Source: Saccostrea echinata
Taxonomy: Eukaryota
Assembly: GCF_033153115.1 (NCBI RefSeq)
Contig: NW_026889751.1
Location: 28,892,001-28,956,000, forward strand
Direction of reading: 5' to 3'
Length of the DNA stretch: 64,000 nucleotides
Notes under the pieces: model-generated
What the model was told of the DNA's origin: nothing
Database searches by the model: none
The model's input: the letters and a program-made list of their open reading frames with translations, nothing else
Program-made: the position numbers and the translations under genes
Shown: positions 26,477 through 39,554 of the stretch, in pieces
Layout of the letters: each line of letters starts with the position of its first letter
How positions within the stretch are numbered: the first letter of the stretch is position 1

Positions 26477-27899
26477 GACGATAACTGTGGTATAATTGTT
26501 ACAATGTTAGCTGTTGGCAGGGACTGTGAGTTGACGAGGACACGTGTGATGATAACCATGGTATAATTGTTAGATGTGGTGATGACTGTTTCAAGGGGAT
26601 GTGAAAATTTAATCATGGTTTAATTGTTATGTTGTCAGCTGTGAAGATGAAGATTTCAGTGTTTGATTTGTTAAGTCCTGTGTTGTTATGATGTGAAGTA
26701 AGAGAAAGCCATGCGAGGATTACTCTAGTTGTCAGGCTGTAAGCTGTGAAGATGAATACATGTGTTGAGTCGCAAGTTCTTAAAAGACAAATCATGTCTA
26801 TTTAGTTTAGAACTGTGAAGTTTTTATAAACTATTCAATGAACTTGAAGTATGGACATTTTTTTATCGGTGCTTCATAAAAATCTATTGATGGCAATTGT
26901 GATTAAAAAATCTGAAATCACGAATGCCATTTTTTACATTGACTCATCATTTTCATTACTTCATTTTGCATGTTACACCAGAAATCCATGATACATGTAA
27001 TAATTGTCATTGTTTTGTATTAAAACCATATCAACAAAATCACCTGGTCTTGTTTCTTTACAATGGTTGCAGGAAAGCATGTTTACTGTAAAATGTTACA
27101 GTTATCTTGGTAGAAATTCTTGGATTTTTTTTTCTTCAAATTTTTCGTTAATAAACTGTGGTCATGAGTTTGGGATATCTTTTTTGTGGATCTTCTTGAA
27201 CTTAACAGAATATCTTCATAAGAATTCTGGTACAGTGCATAAACGTATTGTTAATCCTGATAGGAATTTTCGGATGTCTGTAAAATATTATCCATGGGAA
27301 CACTTCAAATGGGGAGTATCGATAACTGCATAATCAATGCAAAGAAAGCACCTGCTTTGGTCAGAGAATTCCTCATACCACATTTTTTTTAAAGGGGTGT
27401 GGGTAAACTATTGGTTTACACTCCTACTGCATAACCTCTGGAAAAAGATGTTTACAAATGTTTCATCATTTTGCTTTTTTTTTAAATGGAGATGACCACC
27501 ATGTATGAAAAACAATGCTCAACAGAGCCATTGCATCAAAGTCATTAGAACGGGGGTGCGTTTGGAACGATCGTACTTATCCCCTTTAAAAACCACTAAA
27601 AATAAAATGTTTGAAAGGAAAGAAATCATTTATCTGTTTAAAAGCATGCTGTTTTGTTTTGTTTATATGTGAAGAAATTACATCAAGAATCCACCATAAT
27701 GGTACCCATTTTATAAAAAAAAAAATCTTGCTGTGAGGAGGGTATACATCTCCAGAGCCTCTTCGACACCCCCTTTTCAGAAACTTGACAACCCAGAATA
27801 TGTACTCAGAAAATCAAAGTCCATGGCTACATTTTGTTGAAGTTTTTTGTACATACATTATATTATGCTAGATGTTTTTTTTTATGTCAATATATTTCT

Positions 27900-28445
27900 A
27901 TGTAAAACATCGTTCCAGATGAGGCCATGCTTTGGGCTATAATTTCAACTTTCTAGTGGCTGCTTTGATACTAATGTGACTTAAGTGCCCCCCCCCCCCC
28001 CCTCTTTTTTGGAAAAGATTATATTTAAAATTTATATACTTAAGCGAACTTACCAGGTAAGAATGCTTGAATCCCGGTATGACTAAATGTGACCCTGTTG
28101 CTTTTCAGGTTTTTAAAGATTTTTCATATATATATCTATAAAACGTTAATTCCATACTATGACTTCATCCGGGGGGAGGGGGGTGATTTGAGCAATCCTG
28201 GTCCTAAACTTCGATGAAATGACTATCTGTAAAAGCTATCGGTGTCTTTTGTTCTTGAGATTTGTACTTTTCTATGTAAAACTTTAACCTCCTATCGTGG
28301 CCAAACCCTTGACCCTTGGCAATGATGACTTTACACTAGATCAGGAGATGACCATTGGTTTCTTCGAAAAGACGAAAGCATGAAAAGGTTATATAGTGGA
28401 CAATCATCTAGAAAATCTCGCTGCCTGGCTCAGGTGAGCTAAAAA
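27900..28445 (+). mobile_element. Degenerate Helentron-like/Cg170-satellite-carrying element
   Basis: Decayed ~166-bp units (TGTAAAAC..., GGCC...ACCC...GG...ATGA) and the family 3' end GCTCAGGTGAGCTAAAAA at ~28428-28445. The left boundary is approximate. Confidence 0.55.
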
Positions 28446-28739
28446 TCAGAATGGCGTTTAGAATATCCGCTTTGGTATAAGGCATTAAAATAAAACTTGT
28501 ACATGCATTAAGTTTATTTTATCTTGTTCCCTAAGCATAAGGGGAAGCTAAGCACAGTGTCCAACAATAGTAAATATAAAATATAAGTGCTATAAAATAT
28601 TTCCATCTCGTAATTGATACATTTATGTAGTGATACTGAGCAAAAACACAACATTCATTTAATAAAATAACAAGTAGTTTAAAATAATAGCTTTGTTAAT
28701 ATAGAAATAAATACTATAAATATGAATATTAAAGATACT

Positions 28740-31514
28740 TCAGTCAATGTCAAAGTCGGAAAACAACAGGTACTCCCGCAGTGATGTTGGGAGTTTGAGA
28801 AGTTTGATTTTATCCTGGATTTTCCCACCACTTCCAAACGTTTTCCGGATACTTCTACGGCAGTGTTCCATCAGCGGCCTTGGAAAGGCTGATATTTCAC
28901 GAACTTTATTTTTCATTTCGTCCTCTATAGTTGTCATTTTTTCAAGTGTTGGAAGGTGATTCTTTAAAATGTTAACTGCTTCTTCACAGTAAGCACTGAC
29001 TAGCCAGCGAAGCACCTGTTCTTTCTTCTTATGAACCGAGTGTTCGATTGGGTTGCAAGGTCCGCAGTAGCTACTCAAAGAAGACTGTGTTCCAAACTTG
29101 CAGTTTGCTCGTAAAAGTAGTTTAACGGACTCTATGCTGAATCCGTCTACAGCAAACCATAATGGTAAGGTTCCTGCATCGTCTCCAAGATTTGGATCCG
29201 CCCCATGTTCCAATAAAATAGCAACAAGCTGCGGGCTGTTGTAAAACACGGCTTCGTTCAGTGCCGTCATACCATGCAGACCACGAACATTTGTATCAGC
29301 ACCAGCGTCCAGGAAGAACTTAACAGCTTGTATTTGTTTGTAATTAACCGCTGATATCAAAGGAGTCATTCCGTCCTGTTTCTGAATATCAACGTTGAAC
29401 CCCGCTCGTATTATTTCCTGGCAACACGGAACACTTCCACCAGTGGCTGCAAAATGCAGCAATGAATTACCATTATTTGGTCTTTTATTCAGATCTGCAC
29501 CTTTTTCTATGAGAAATTTTAGAACTTCAGTTTGTCCTTTAACCGCTGCGTTATAGATAGGTGTACATCCTAGGGTATCTTGGGCGTCAATATTAGCACC
29601 CGACTTCAGAAGAGCTTCACAACATTTCAAACTTCCCCTTTCTGACGCCCAGTGAAGAGCTGTCCGTTTATTATAGGCAGCCATATTGACGTTACATCTC
29701 CGTTCGATTAGAAAGTTAACAATGTGCTCATGGCCATATAATGCCGCCATCATGACAGGCGTGAAACGTCGAATATCTTGGGCGTCAATTTCTGCGCGTG
29801 CATCAAGCAACAGACGGCAGCATTCTAAATCGCCATGTTGCGCTGCAAAATGTAGCGCCGTTGCAGCACTGTGGCTCATACGATTGACGTCACACCCGTA
29901 CGATAGTAATAGTCTCATGACTTCAACGTATCCCATCTCCGCCGCACAGACTAGCGGAGTATTACCAAACGTGTCCTCTTCTTCCAGATCAGCCTTGGTG
30001 TCTAGCAGCAGCCGACAGATTTCTATGTGACCATTTTCCGTGGCACAATGAAGTGCAGTTCTGTCATGGTAACCACGGCGACGCACGGAGACATTTTTAC
30101 TCAGAAGACATCGGACGATTCCTATATGGCCGTTAGCAGAAGCCACAATCAAGGGCGTATCTGTGCGGGAATTTTTCGCGTTCACATTGGCCCCTGCAGC
30201 CAAAAGCATATTACAACATTCTATGTAGCCTTCACTGCATGCGTAATGTAGAGGGGTGTTCCCCATTGGTCCAGCCATATTGACGTCAGCGTCCCAACGT
30301 AATAACATATCAACCACTGAAGCGTGGCCGCCCCTAGTGGTGAGGGTGAGGAGGGTGAATTCTTCGTCATTATGTATATTAGGGGAGAACCTGCTGTTCT
30401 CAAGAATAAGAGCGGCACAGTTTGCCTTTCCGCTTCCGCAGGCAAAGAAAAGACAACTCTTGAGCTGCTCCTTTGGAGGAGGACATGTCTGTAGAATGTC
30501 CTTGATCCTCTGTTCATCTCCCGTCACCACGGCCTCCTGGAGACTGAAAAGAAACTGGGACTTTAATAAAGTTAATTACATTACGTGGTCTTAATTGACA
30601 CTTTGGCAAAAAATGTTATTTTAGACGTATAATTCCATTAAGAGTAAGGTACTGTAATTGCCACGGGGAAACCAAACCAGGAAAAGGCACAGACTGAAAA
30701 AAGGTGGAGTCAACACTATCAGTCAATAAAGATTATATATTTAGGAAGATCATATTATAAAAAACAATTTCTCTTAAACAAACTATATAGCTTGTAAAAA
30801 CACTTATGAAGTTTACCCTAGGACAACCCCTAGTACCCTTGTACGGCCAAACATTCTTCGAGCTGTGCAACATAATTTTGAGATTCATTTCATATATTTG
30901 AAGTTCCCGAAAAATTTCTCCCTGCTTAAATATTTTTGCTATTCCTATCTATCTTTCCCCTCTTAATAATCACAAATTATCTTCTTTCTAGTGATAACTA
31001 AAATTTATTGCACCTAATTACAAAAGGTTGGCAAGTATTTTAATGACGGAGAAATCTCAAAAGAAAAACATCGCAGTGCCAAGTGAGGCTGCTCTTTCGT
31101 CAGAAAGACAACACTCCTCTGACATGATTCACTGAGATAAATCTTCGTACACACACACTATACAACACGGTATATCGGTCCTGTCAACATTGGCTCAACA
31201 TCTCTAGAATCTCAAAATATTTCCCGACAGTTATACGAAAAAAATGCGGCAAATACCGAGTGAACATTGCAACCTTCGCGATAAATGCATTGAAATTTTA
31301 AAGGGGTTCTTGACATGGTTTATAACAGAAGTAGGTCGTCTGCTATAAATTAAAACTGTCTGCCATAACTGGCATAAGGGACCCAATACTGAAATAACTT
31401 AATCTCTTAATACCGAGGCAAATTAAAACTTACATCAAACACTGCTTATTTTAAGACATATTCTTACCTGATAAAAACACATTGATCTTCATCATGATGT
31501 AGAAAACTCGTCAT
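28740..31514 (-). CDS. Ankyrin-repeat and SOCS-box protein (ASB-like Elongin BC-Cul5 substrate receptor), 616 aa, 2 coding exons
   Basis: Exon 1 31468-31514 (MTSFLHHDEDQCVFI, donor AG|GTAAGA) joins exon 2 28740-30543 in phase. About 14-15 ankyrin repeats (GxTPLHxA...G...LL..GA.VN) are followed by a C-terminal SOCS box PRPLMEHCRRSIR...LKLPTSLREYLL. Confidence 0.92.
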
Positions 31515-31914
31515 GTTAATATACTGAATCTACACTGGCCTATCTATATCAATGTATCTATAATGTTCGCTAACTTAAAATCCTGACTGAAATAGGGTTG
31601 ATCATTTACTCAACCAAGATGAAAGAACAAGAGAATGAAGCAATTTGTTTACCTCGACATCGAGAGTCTTCTTTGTTCTGTCTTCTCAGCCTCACATCGT
31701 GATGTAAATGATAATGTTTATCACCTCAGTATCTTTGTATACATTATTTAGAACTTACTTCCGGTTTCTGAAGACAGCAGAGAGGTTCCGAAAAATATTG
31801 CGGGAAAATCGATTTGTGGAAATCATTGAGAACAGACTGAAACATTATTTCTGACAGATTTCCAAAGTTCTGTATAGATCGCAAATTCAATTTCATACAC
31901 ATGTATATATGCTT

Positions 31915-32265
31915 CATGCGCGGATCTAGAGGGGGTCGGGGGGTCAAGACCCCCCCCCCCCCTGGAATTTGCAAAGTCATTTTAAAAAAGTATATACTGA
32001 AGCAAATAAAAAATGACTTTGGACCCCCCCCCCCTTAGAAAACGTGGACCCCACCACCATCACCACTAAATAGGTATTTTTTACGTTTGGGAATGGACTT
32101 TAGGTTTTTTTTCTTTCTTGTCATGAAATTTTCTGGGTTTAATACGTTTTGGAAAGGAGTTTACTTTTTTTTTTCTTTTGCTTGTCAAGAAATTTCTGGA
32201 TTGGAATTTTTTTTGACTGGTGTGGACCCCCCCCCCCCCGGAAAAAAATCCTGGATCCGCGCCTG
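31915..32265. mobile_element. GC-tract-rich MITE upstream of the ASB-like gene
   Basis: TIRs CATGCGCGGATCTAG / CTGGATCCGCGCCTG with internal GGACCCCCCC motifs; flanks TGCTT/TGATT. Confidence 0.75.
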
Positions 32266-32825
32266 TGATTTCATATTTATAAACGTTAAAAGTGGTAAAG
32301 TAAGGGTAACAAAGCTAGATATAAGTATATTTGTACGTTAATTTGAGGTAGGAGGCGGAAAGGTGAGGAAGAAAGATAACAGTGCATACATGTACCATTT
32401 TGTGACTGTGCAATAATATGGGAGTGACATGTATATGTATTCATGCGAGAAGAATAAATAAAGTTTATGTACGCAAGTTTTATATTTTATACTAAACAAA
32501 GTAAATATTAACCATTTTCATGAGGAATGAAAATAATTTGATTGTGAACAAGTTCTTTCCAAAATTCAGATTTAGAAATTATTATTATTAAAATGAAAAA
32601 CAAATGATGAGTGCATCGAAATTTTAAAAACATGCCACCATTATCTTCAGTAAAGAGTCGCTGCAGCCACTTTCATATTTAATCTGTGGTTCATTCAATT
32701 ACTCCCCCCCCCCCCCCCGAATTTTCAATTCATCTTGACCAATACAGCCAGTATCAGCTTAGATTTTAAGCGTTTTTTTAAAATGCAGCTTTTGACCAAA
32801 AAATAAAAACACTTGAAAACGAGTA

Positions 32826-33508
32826 NNNNNNNNNNNNNNNNNNNNNNNNNNNNNNNNNNNNNNNNNNNNNNNNNNNNNNNNNNNNNNNNNNNNNNNNNNN
32901 NNNNNNNNNNNNNNNNNNNNNNNNNNNNNNNNNNNNNNNNNNNNNNNNNNNNNNNCCCGTAGAACGCAGCGGGGGGGGGGGGGGGCTTTTTCTGAATATA
33001 GTATATTGCTATAGTAAATTTTCCTTTACATGCTGGTTGCCCCACCCCCACTTTTGATGTTGTAAGGTCGAGCATTAGCAAATACCAGGATTTGGACAGT
33101 AAATTAGACTTTGTTTTTTGCTTGTAAGATAATTTTGGGAAGTTGCCCCCCCCCCCCCCCCCGGCCACTTTTGGTCAGTTTTAGTTTTTGGTTTTGTTTG
33201 TTTAGTTTTTTGCTTGTCAGATTTTTTTTCTCGAAGTTGTCCCCCCCCCCCCAATTTTCTAAACCGTTGCTGCGGGCCTGAAATCAGCTTAGATTTTCAG
33301 CTTTTTTCAAAATGCGTCGTTTGTCCAAAAAAGTAAAAACTCTTGAAATTGAGTAATGTNNNNNNNNNNNNNNNNNNNNNNNNNNNNNNNNNNNNNNNNN
33401 NNNNNNNNNNNNNNNNNNNNNNNNNNNNNNNNNNNNNNNNNNNNNNNNNNNNNNNNNNNNNNNNNNNNNNNNNNNNNNNNNNNNNNNNNNNNNNNNNNNN
33501 NNNNNNNN
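32826..33508. other. Two assembly gaps (130 N and 149 N) around a G/C-tract MITE fragment (32956-33280)
   Basis: N runs at 32826-32955 and 33360-33508; the intervening sequence ends ...CGTTGCTGCGGGCCTG and has poly-G/poly-C tracts. Confidence 0.85.
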
Positions 33509-34870
33509 TCGACAAAAAATGTGGGGGAAACTTTAATCATACTGGGTCAATCTTAAAAATTTTAAGAACGACATCGATTTATGTACTATAGTGTATAAAA
33601 ATGATTTTTCTTAACATTGGAGAGTTACATTCTGAGTAACAAATAAAGGAGCGATAAGCATCTTACACAGTGTTGTAGCTGGGCCGTAATCAAACCAAGG
33701 CTGAACTTATCCACTGCACAAAGCAGTGTTAAAGAGTTTTGATATAATATAGATCGATTCAAGCTCACTAAAAATTAAACCATGACCACGAGGACGATAC
33801 AATTCTATCCCAGAAATTAAATTACTCAGTAAAGGAGATCGATCAGATATTCTCAATATGATGTTGCGTATTAATTATGCTTAGAAATCTGAAGGTTATG
33901 GAAATACAAACAATCAACAAAGAGTAGAAGGAGGTAAGCGATGTGGCCCATTAATCTCTAGGTTACAGTTTTTCTCAGCCATCAATTTCTATAAATAGAG
34001 TCTTGCTTGGCAATAGTTTGGGTATTGCATTACAAAAACACGTGTACTATTCCGCATTCACTGGCAACAGTATGAAAATATCTAGCACTAAAATAAAAGT
34101 CTATAATAAATTGATTAATCAGCGGCTAATTAGATGAAGGATCAAACTATGAGTAAAGATCTTGAACAAAAGCTACCTGAGCATTAATAAAAGAAAAGTT
34201 TAATAGGTGAAACATCAGGTGAATAAACGAGATTAAATCACTCCACACAGAAGTGATTTAAGGTCTCTAAACCTGGATTTAAATATTGACACATATATTT
34301 ACAGATTTATATTTCAAATCCGGATTAAATAATTAGTATTAGTGGCACATATAACATACACTTTTTGTTCTTTCATTTCCAAATTTTAATGGATACTTTT
34401 CACTTGTAAATTAAGTCGCGATTAGTCCATGATCATTTGCGATAGCGTACAAGTGAAGAAAAAAAAATGAATATCTTTTTACGCCGGAGCGGTGTTCGAT
34501 GAAGATTTCGGTTAGTACTTAAGTGTACAATTTGTGAAGGACTTCTTGATTTTTTTTTCGCTTTTAAGAAGTATATAGCAGGAAATTTATGTAAGTATAT
34601 GATCTGTAGTAATTTTTTTCTCTCCCCCTTTTACTGTTAATATACATGTAGATATGTGCAAATGATATATAGTATTGCAACATGGAAAAAAAACTTTCTA
34701 TTTCTTGACTTTCATTTGCCAGATTTAAAATAATAAAATCTGTTTACAAATATATTTCTAATTCTAACGTATCCCAACGCGTTTAGAGATATATATATAT
34801 ATATATTTGAAATTAATATCTGAACAATTTTTCAGAGAATTACAGATGGTGGAGTCTGACAGTTACAGAC

Positions 34871-35569
34871 ATGTCAGATTTGCAAAATTTTCCAAAACTT
34901 CAGGACAAACGACTTTCTCTGATTGGGAAACAGACCCACCGACTGAGAAAGACTACATCAATTAACAATGATAAACTTAAAAACAAATGCATCACGTATG
35001 GCAAAGCTGTTGACAAAGACAAACGCAGTTATGATTATAAGATGTGGCAAAAGAGTATGCCCCACAAACAGTTTTACATTCACTCCAAGGGGACACAGAA
35101 ATGTCTAAAACGGATACGGGACCAGGTTCCGGATCTGGATGACGAGAGTAGCCTGTACGGAGTTTATGGTGGCGTCTCTTTAAGGGATCTACAACCACAG
35201 ATAGACACGATCATTAGGGAACAGCATCCGAAAGTTCGCCGCATAAAGAAAACTGAAAAACTTCTCACTGACGGCAAAACTGATGGTCGTATTCTGGGTA
35301 ATAAAGAAGCCCGAGGTATGCTGGAAGCAATCCTTAACCGACCCTCCTTCCCGCCAAGACGAGAACGAGGCATGACTTTGTATATCAGAGCAAGAAGACC
35401 CTCAACGGTAGACACCAATGAAATAACCAGCGCCGGAGCACTGCGACTTCCACCTATCGCAGTGTCTAGAGAAAATACTAGGTCGGGTCTTGTGTTCCGA
35501 CCGAAATCAAAACCCATTATGCTGAGGGATCCCCCGAAAAGATCTACCACATTTGCTTTGGGTCTTTAG
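34871..35569 (+). CDS. Uncharacterised basic (K/R-rich) 232-aa protein, single coding exon
   Basis: 699-bp ORF, more GC/CpG-rich than the flanks. It is preceded by an acceptor (TTTTTCAG, 34828-34835) and an upstream donor GTAAGT at 34591, implying a non-coding first exon. No domain recognised. Confidence 0.75.
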   Translation: MSDLQNFPKLQDKRLSLIGKQTHRLRKTTSINNDKLKNKCITYGKAVDKDKRSYDYKMWQKSMPHKQFYIHSKGTQKCLKRIRDQVPDLDDESSLYGVYGGVSLRDLQPQIDTIIREQHPKVRRIKKTEKLLTDGKTDGRILGNKEARGMLEAILNRPSFPPRRERGMTLYIRARRPSTVDTNEITSAGALRLPPIAVSRENTRSGLVFRPKSKPIMLRDPPKRSTTFALGL

Positions 35570-35956
35570 AACGATTTGCTTTGTTGTTGTTAACATTTTT
35601 AAAAGTGCAAAATGTGCAATTGCTTTTAAGTATTTGGTTCTTCATCTATGAATGGATATTTTCCATCAATCCATGAAAACCTCGCTTTTGCGCTTTGATG
35701 TGAACGATCACAATTGACAAATACCTGAAGTATTCCTACCTTATTAATGTTGGAAATTAGAAACCACCTTTTTTTCTGTTTTCGAATGTTAGGTGGAAGT
35801 GGATGTGTTCAGAAACTTTATTTGTTAATGATGTATGTTTTTTGTTACTGAATACAAAGTGCTCTTAATACACATGTACACAACATTCTATTACGTGTCC
35901 TGTTTCACAATGGACTGAGTGTGGTCCTACATGTATCACGACATACACATCGCAGA

Positions 35957-37502
35957 CTATGATGATTCCAAGTACTTCATGGATTGAGAATACATAAGAA
36001 ACGTCACAGCATTGACGGGAAACGCCCTTAAACACGTGATCAGACATCCTCTGTAAAACACCCCGAACCCCTCTTCCTTGTAGCTTTTCACTGCACAGTC
36101 TATCAATCCGGAGTATTCTCCTATAAAGTCTGCCTGAAACCGGCTCTTCACCACATCAAACGGAATAATGGATGCCCACGTGATTGTTCCCGCGCATCCT
36201 CCTGCCACGAGATCAGCAATAACCCCTCGGGAATCAGACCAACCAGACGTCTTCATCCAGTGGGACAAGACTTCGTATGTCAATCCGTACAGACCGTAAC
36301 TTGGCACGTCCCTCCAAGCCATGGCCACGCCCCCTTTATACAATCCCCTGATTCCATGGTGTTTCACAATATGTCTGATACAGTCTAGGGGACCCTTGAA
36401 TGCTTTCTGCTTCCCTAAACATAATAATAATCGTGAAAAAATATTAATTTTAAAACATGACATGAAGGTAAAATTTTCAAGCATTGTAACTTCGCTCCAA
36501 TGAATAAACGTACCGATGTAGTATTGTGTATACTGCTGTTACAGTACATACCTGAGTCGGCAGCGTCCCTAGGGATCTGTGATTGTAGCACCACCTTGAC
36601 ATAGTCTGTGGGTATAACGGGGATCAGCTGAGCAGCCCCTCCCGCGCACCCCGCCAGGTAAATGTTCAGGTAGGAAGACTTCCTCATCTCTCTGTCATCC
36701 TCTAAGAATTTCAGAGTGTTTCCATAAACCCCGAAGTAAACGGAGTTCACAACGCCGTAGGACAACAAAGGTGTGGACATCCCACGAAAGAAACCGTGTA
36801 CCTGTAAATTATGGTCAACAAATCAGAGAGACGTATCCTACAGACATCAAATCAGAGAGACATATCTACGGACAGCAAATCAGAGAGACATATTTATAGA
36901 CAGCAAATCAGAGAGACATATCCTACAGTCAGCCAATCAAAGAGACGTATCCTACTTACCAAGCACTGTAACATAAATTCAGGCATAACGAGCCAAATCA
37001 ATAAGATGTATCCTATAAAGGTACCAACTTTCTTGAAATTCGGGAGAACAGTTGGAAGAAGGTTAAGATTTTACCCATCCAGTTTTGTTGATATTGAGTG
37101 CTGCGGATATAGTTCCACTGTAGCGCTTGTCGTGTAACTGTGTTTGTAGCTGAACCTTCAATATTAAAATCAAATGTTATGTTTCAATAAAATTGTTTCA
37201 CAAAATCATTAATTATACTGTTGGATATTAGTGAAGTTTCACCTTTGTCGTGTCAAATGGATGGCCCACGATGATTCCCGCCATACCTACAATTTATTCA
37301 CGGAAATCCAAATCTTGCAAATTGATCTCTGCATACATACACTACATGTACTTGCATATTTACCGTTATTTAATTAGCACAATATATGTTTTATCTAGCA
37401 ATTCAAACCTCCAATTGCCCCAGCTATATAGTCATGAAGCACATGTTCGTTAATGGTGGGTGCGTCACGTGGTTCTGTGACGACACTTTCTGCGTCTGCC
37501 AT
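35957..37502 (-). CDS. SLC25A45: Mitochondrial carrier, SLC25A45/47/48 subfamily (best match SLC25A45-like), 308 aa
   Basis: Exons 37409-37502, 37243-37286, 37075-37155, 36552-36801 and 35957-36414 in phase. Three carrier signatures PFDTTK, PTDYVK, PFDVVK; subfamily motifs DYIAG...GHPFD, GFFRGMS.P, VVNSVYFGVY, RDVPSYG, RAFPVNAVTF. Confidence 0.9.
36819..36953. repeat. 28-30-bp minisatellite (~4.5 copies) near the 3' end of an SLC25 intron
   Basis: Unit CAAATCAGAGAGAC(A/G)TAT(C)CTACAGACAG. Confidence 0.8.
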
Positions 37503-39554
37503 CTTCTGTACATGTGAAGGACGATTTCAATCATTGGCCACTAGTCGATTCCTAAAAGTAAAACAGGAGTTGTTTGGACAAAACGTATAACGTCAGATAT
37601 AGCAAAACAGGGAATGATCCAGCCACCCAAACTTACGTAGTGACAAGATTTACGCTTGCTCCAATTTATAGATTTCTATATATACTTGTTCACTGTACTA
37701 GTGTTTAACACGTATTGTATTGACTAGTCGTACTTTGGTATTTGGTAAAGATGTATGATTCCTGCCACCATCTCTCCGTGTACTAGTGAGTGTGTGTGTG
37801 TATGTGTGTCCAAATCTATCTTTCAGACAATGAAACCTACAACTCGCAAACATTTTTCTTACGATCCCTCTTGGGAGAAAGATTTGTTTCAATCCAAAAG
37901 AAGGTCACAGTGACCAAATATTTTAGCCGGTAAGGCTTTGCAAAACGGCACATGCATTCAAATCTTTATCGGACATATCTTACTTGTAAAAAAAAAAAAA
38001 ATAATAATTTTTTGTTAGTATCAAGGTGATTTTAAGGGTAGTTCTTCAATGATCATGTTCGATTCTCGAGTTAACTGGCCTACAGAGAGCCTGTACCTCT
38101 TACAATTAATTTGACGGTTTATGAGAAGTTGCTTGCTCAATGGAGCTCACTTGAAATCACTATCACCGCCGGTGTAGTTATGTTCGTAGCGTGATAGATA
38201 TACATGTACCTGCTTTTGTTTTTGACCTTAATAATCCTGTATAAAAACCCGGGTCTGTCGGTACAAGACAACAATTTGGAAAGACCAAATGTACCCTACT
38301 TAAATCAGTATTCCAATGTTAATAAAATATAAACTAAATTCTCTGATCCGCTTACTTTTATCGTTACAAAAACACTGAAAAAGGAGCGGATCAAACGCGA
38401 TATTCATAATTATAATACCCGGTATTGAGCTTTATCGAAATCTTCTGTCACATATATTGATTTGTTGTCATTTAACGAGTCGATATATTAACGCATAGAG
38501 AATTTGCACAGATTGCTGACTTTGGTCTGAAGACACGATAATTATATAATATTGAACTGCACCCTCTCAACCTTGCTCAGTGAAACAATCCACTTACTAG
38601 ATTTCTCCTGTCACTTCATTTTGCAGGACCCCCACTTCCGGCTCAAAGTCTGACTTGGGAGGATAAAAACACTACAGTTGTTTATAGAACTCTGGTCAAG
38701 CTTAGATCAAACCTGTTAATTATAAGTACATAACGGCAAGGTTTCTGTATCCGCCCCTGTGTCTGTCTGGTCATGTAGTTTGTCTACCCTGGGTCATCGT
38801 GATAAACCGCCTTGTGTACACAGTGTCACTACATGCTATAGTTAGTTTAAATGCCTTTATGGAGAGAATTTTCATTTCTTTGAGAAGTTTTTGTTGAAGG
38901 TCATAGAATAATCCTCGGAACCATTGAACTCATCTTACGCTATATTCTACTGAACCTATAGATTCATGTTTTACTAAATATTTGCATGATTCCACTTTAT
39001 AATACTGAGGAGTTATAAATATTACGTAACTGTTGTTCAATATCTATGAACGTACCTGATAAACAATAATAAAACGATTAGCTAAAAATAGAATCAACTA
39101 TTCGGTTAAACTAAGCCGATGAAATTTAAGTCTAGAAATGAAATTGATACTTTTTAATTTTATTGTCTGTAAAATACCTCTTCATTGTGTCATCTTATAC
39201 TCTATTACAATGTTCTAAAACTGGCTTTGGTATTTTTAAGTTGTTATATTGTAAATTTGGTATTTATAACACTGTATAATGCCACTCAGTTAATTAAAAA
39301 TTTAAAAATATGACACTTTGTTATCTTTCATTCTTTGTATTCAAACTCAATTACAACAGTAGCTCTCTTTGAAAGCATTGATTGAACTCCATATCATGTG
39401 CATTTGGAAAAATACCCCTCTGCTTAGTTTAAAATTAATTGAACAGGTACAGAATTATGGCCAATTTCTAAGTTCTTCCAAATGAAGACACCGTGTAATG
39501 AAAGTCAAACGATTCAAATAGGCTAAATATTAATAGGACAATGATTATCATACT

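Noticed and set aside
29686-30594. ORFs overlapping the ankyrin gene on both strands
   Set aside because: Shadow ORFs of the GC-richer coding exon.
32725-33591. ORFs containing X runs
   Set aside because: Artefacts of translating through N gaps.
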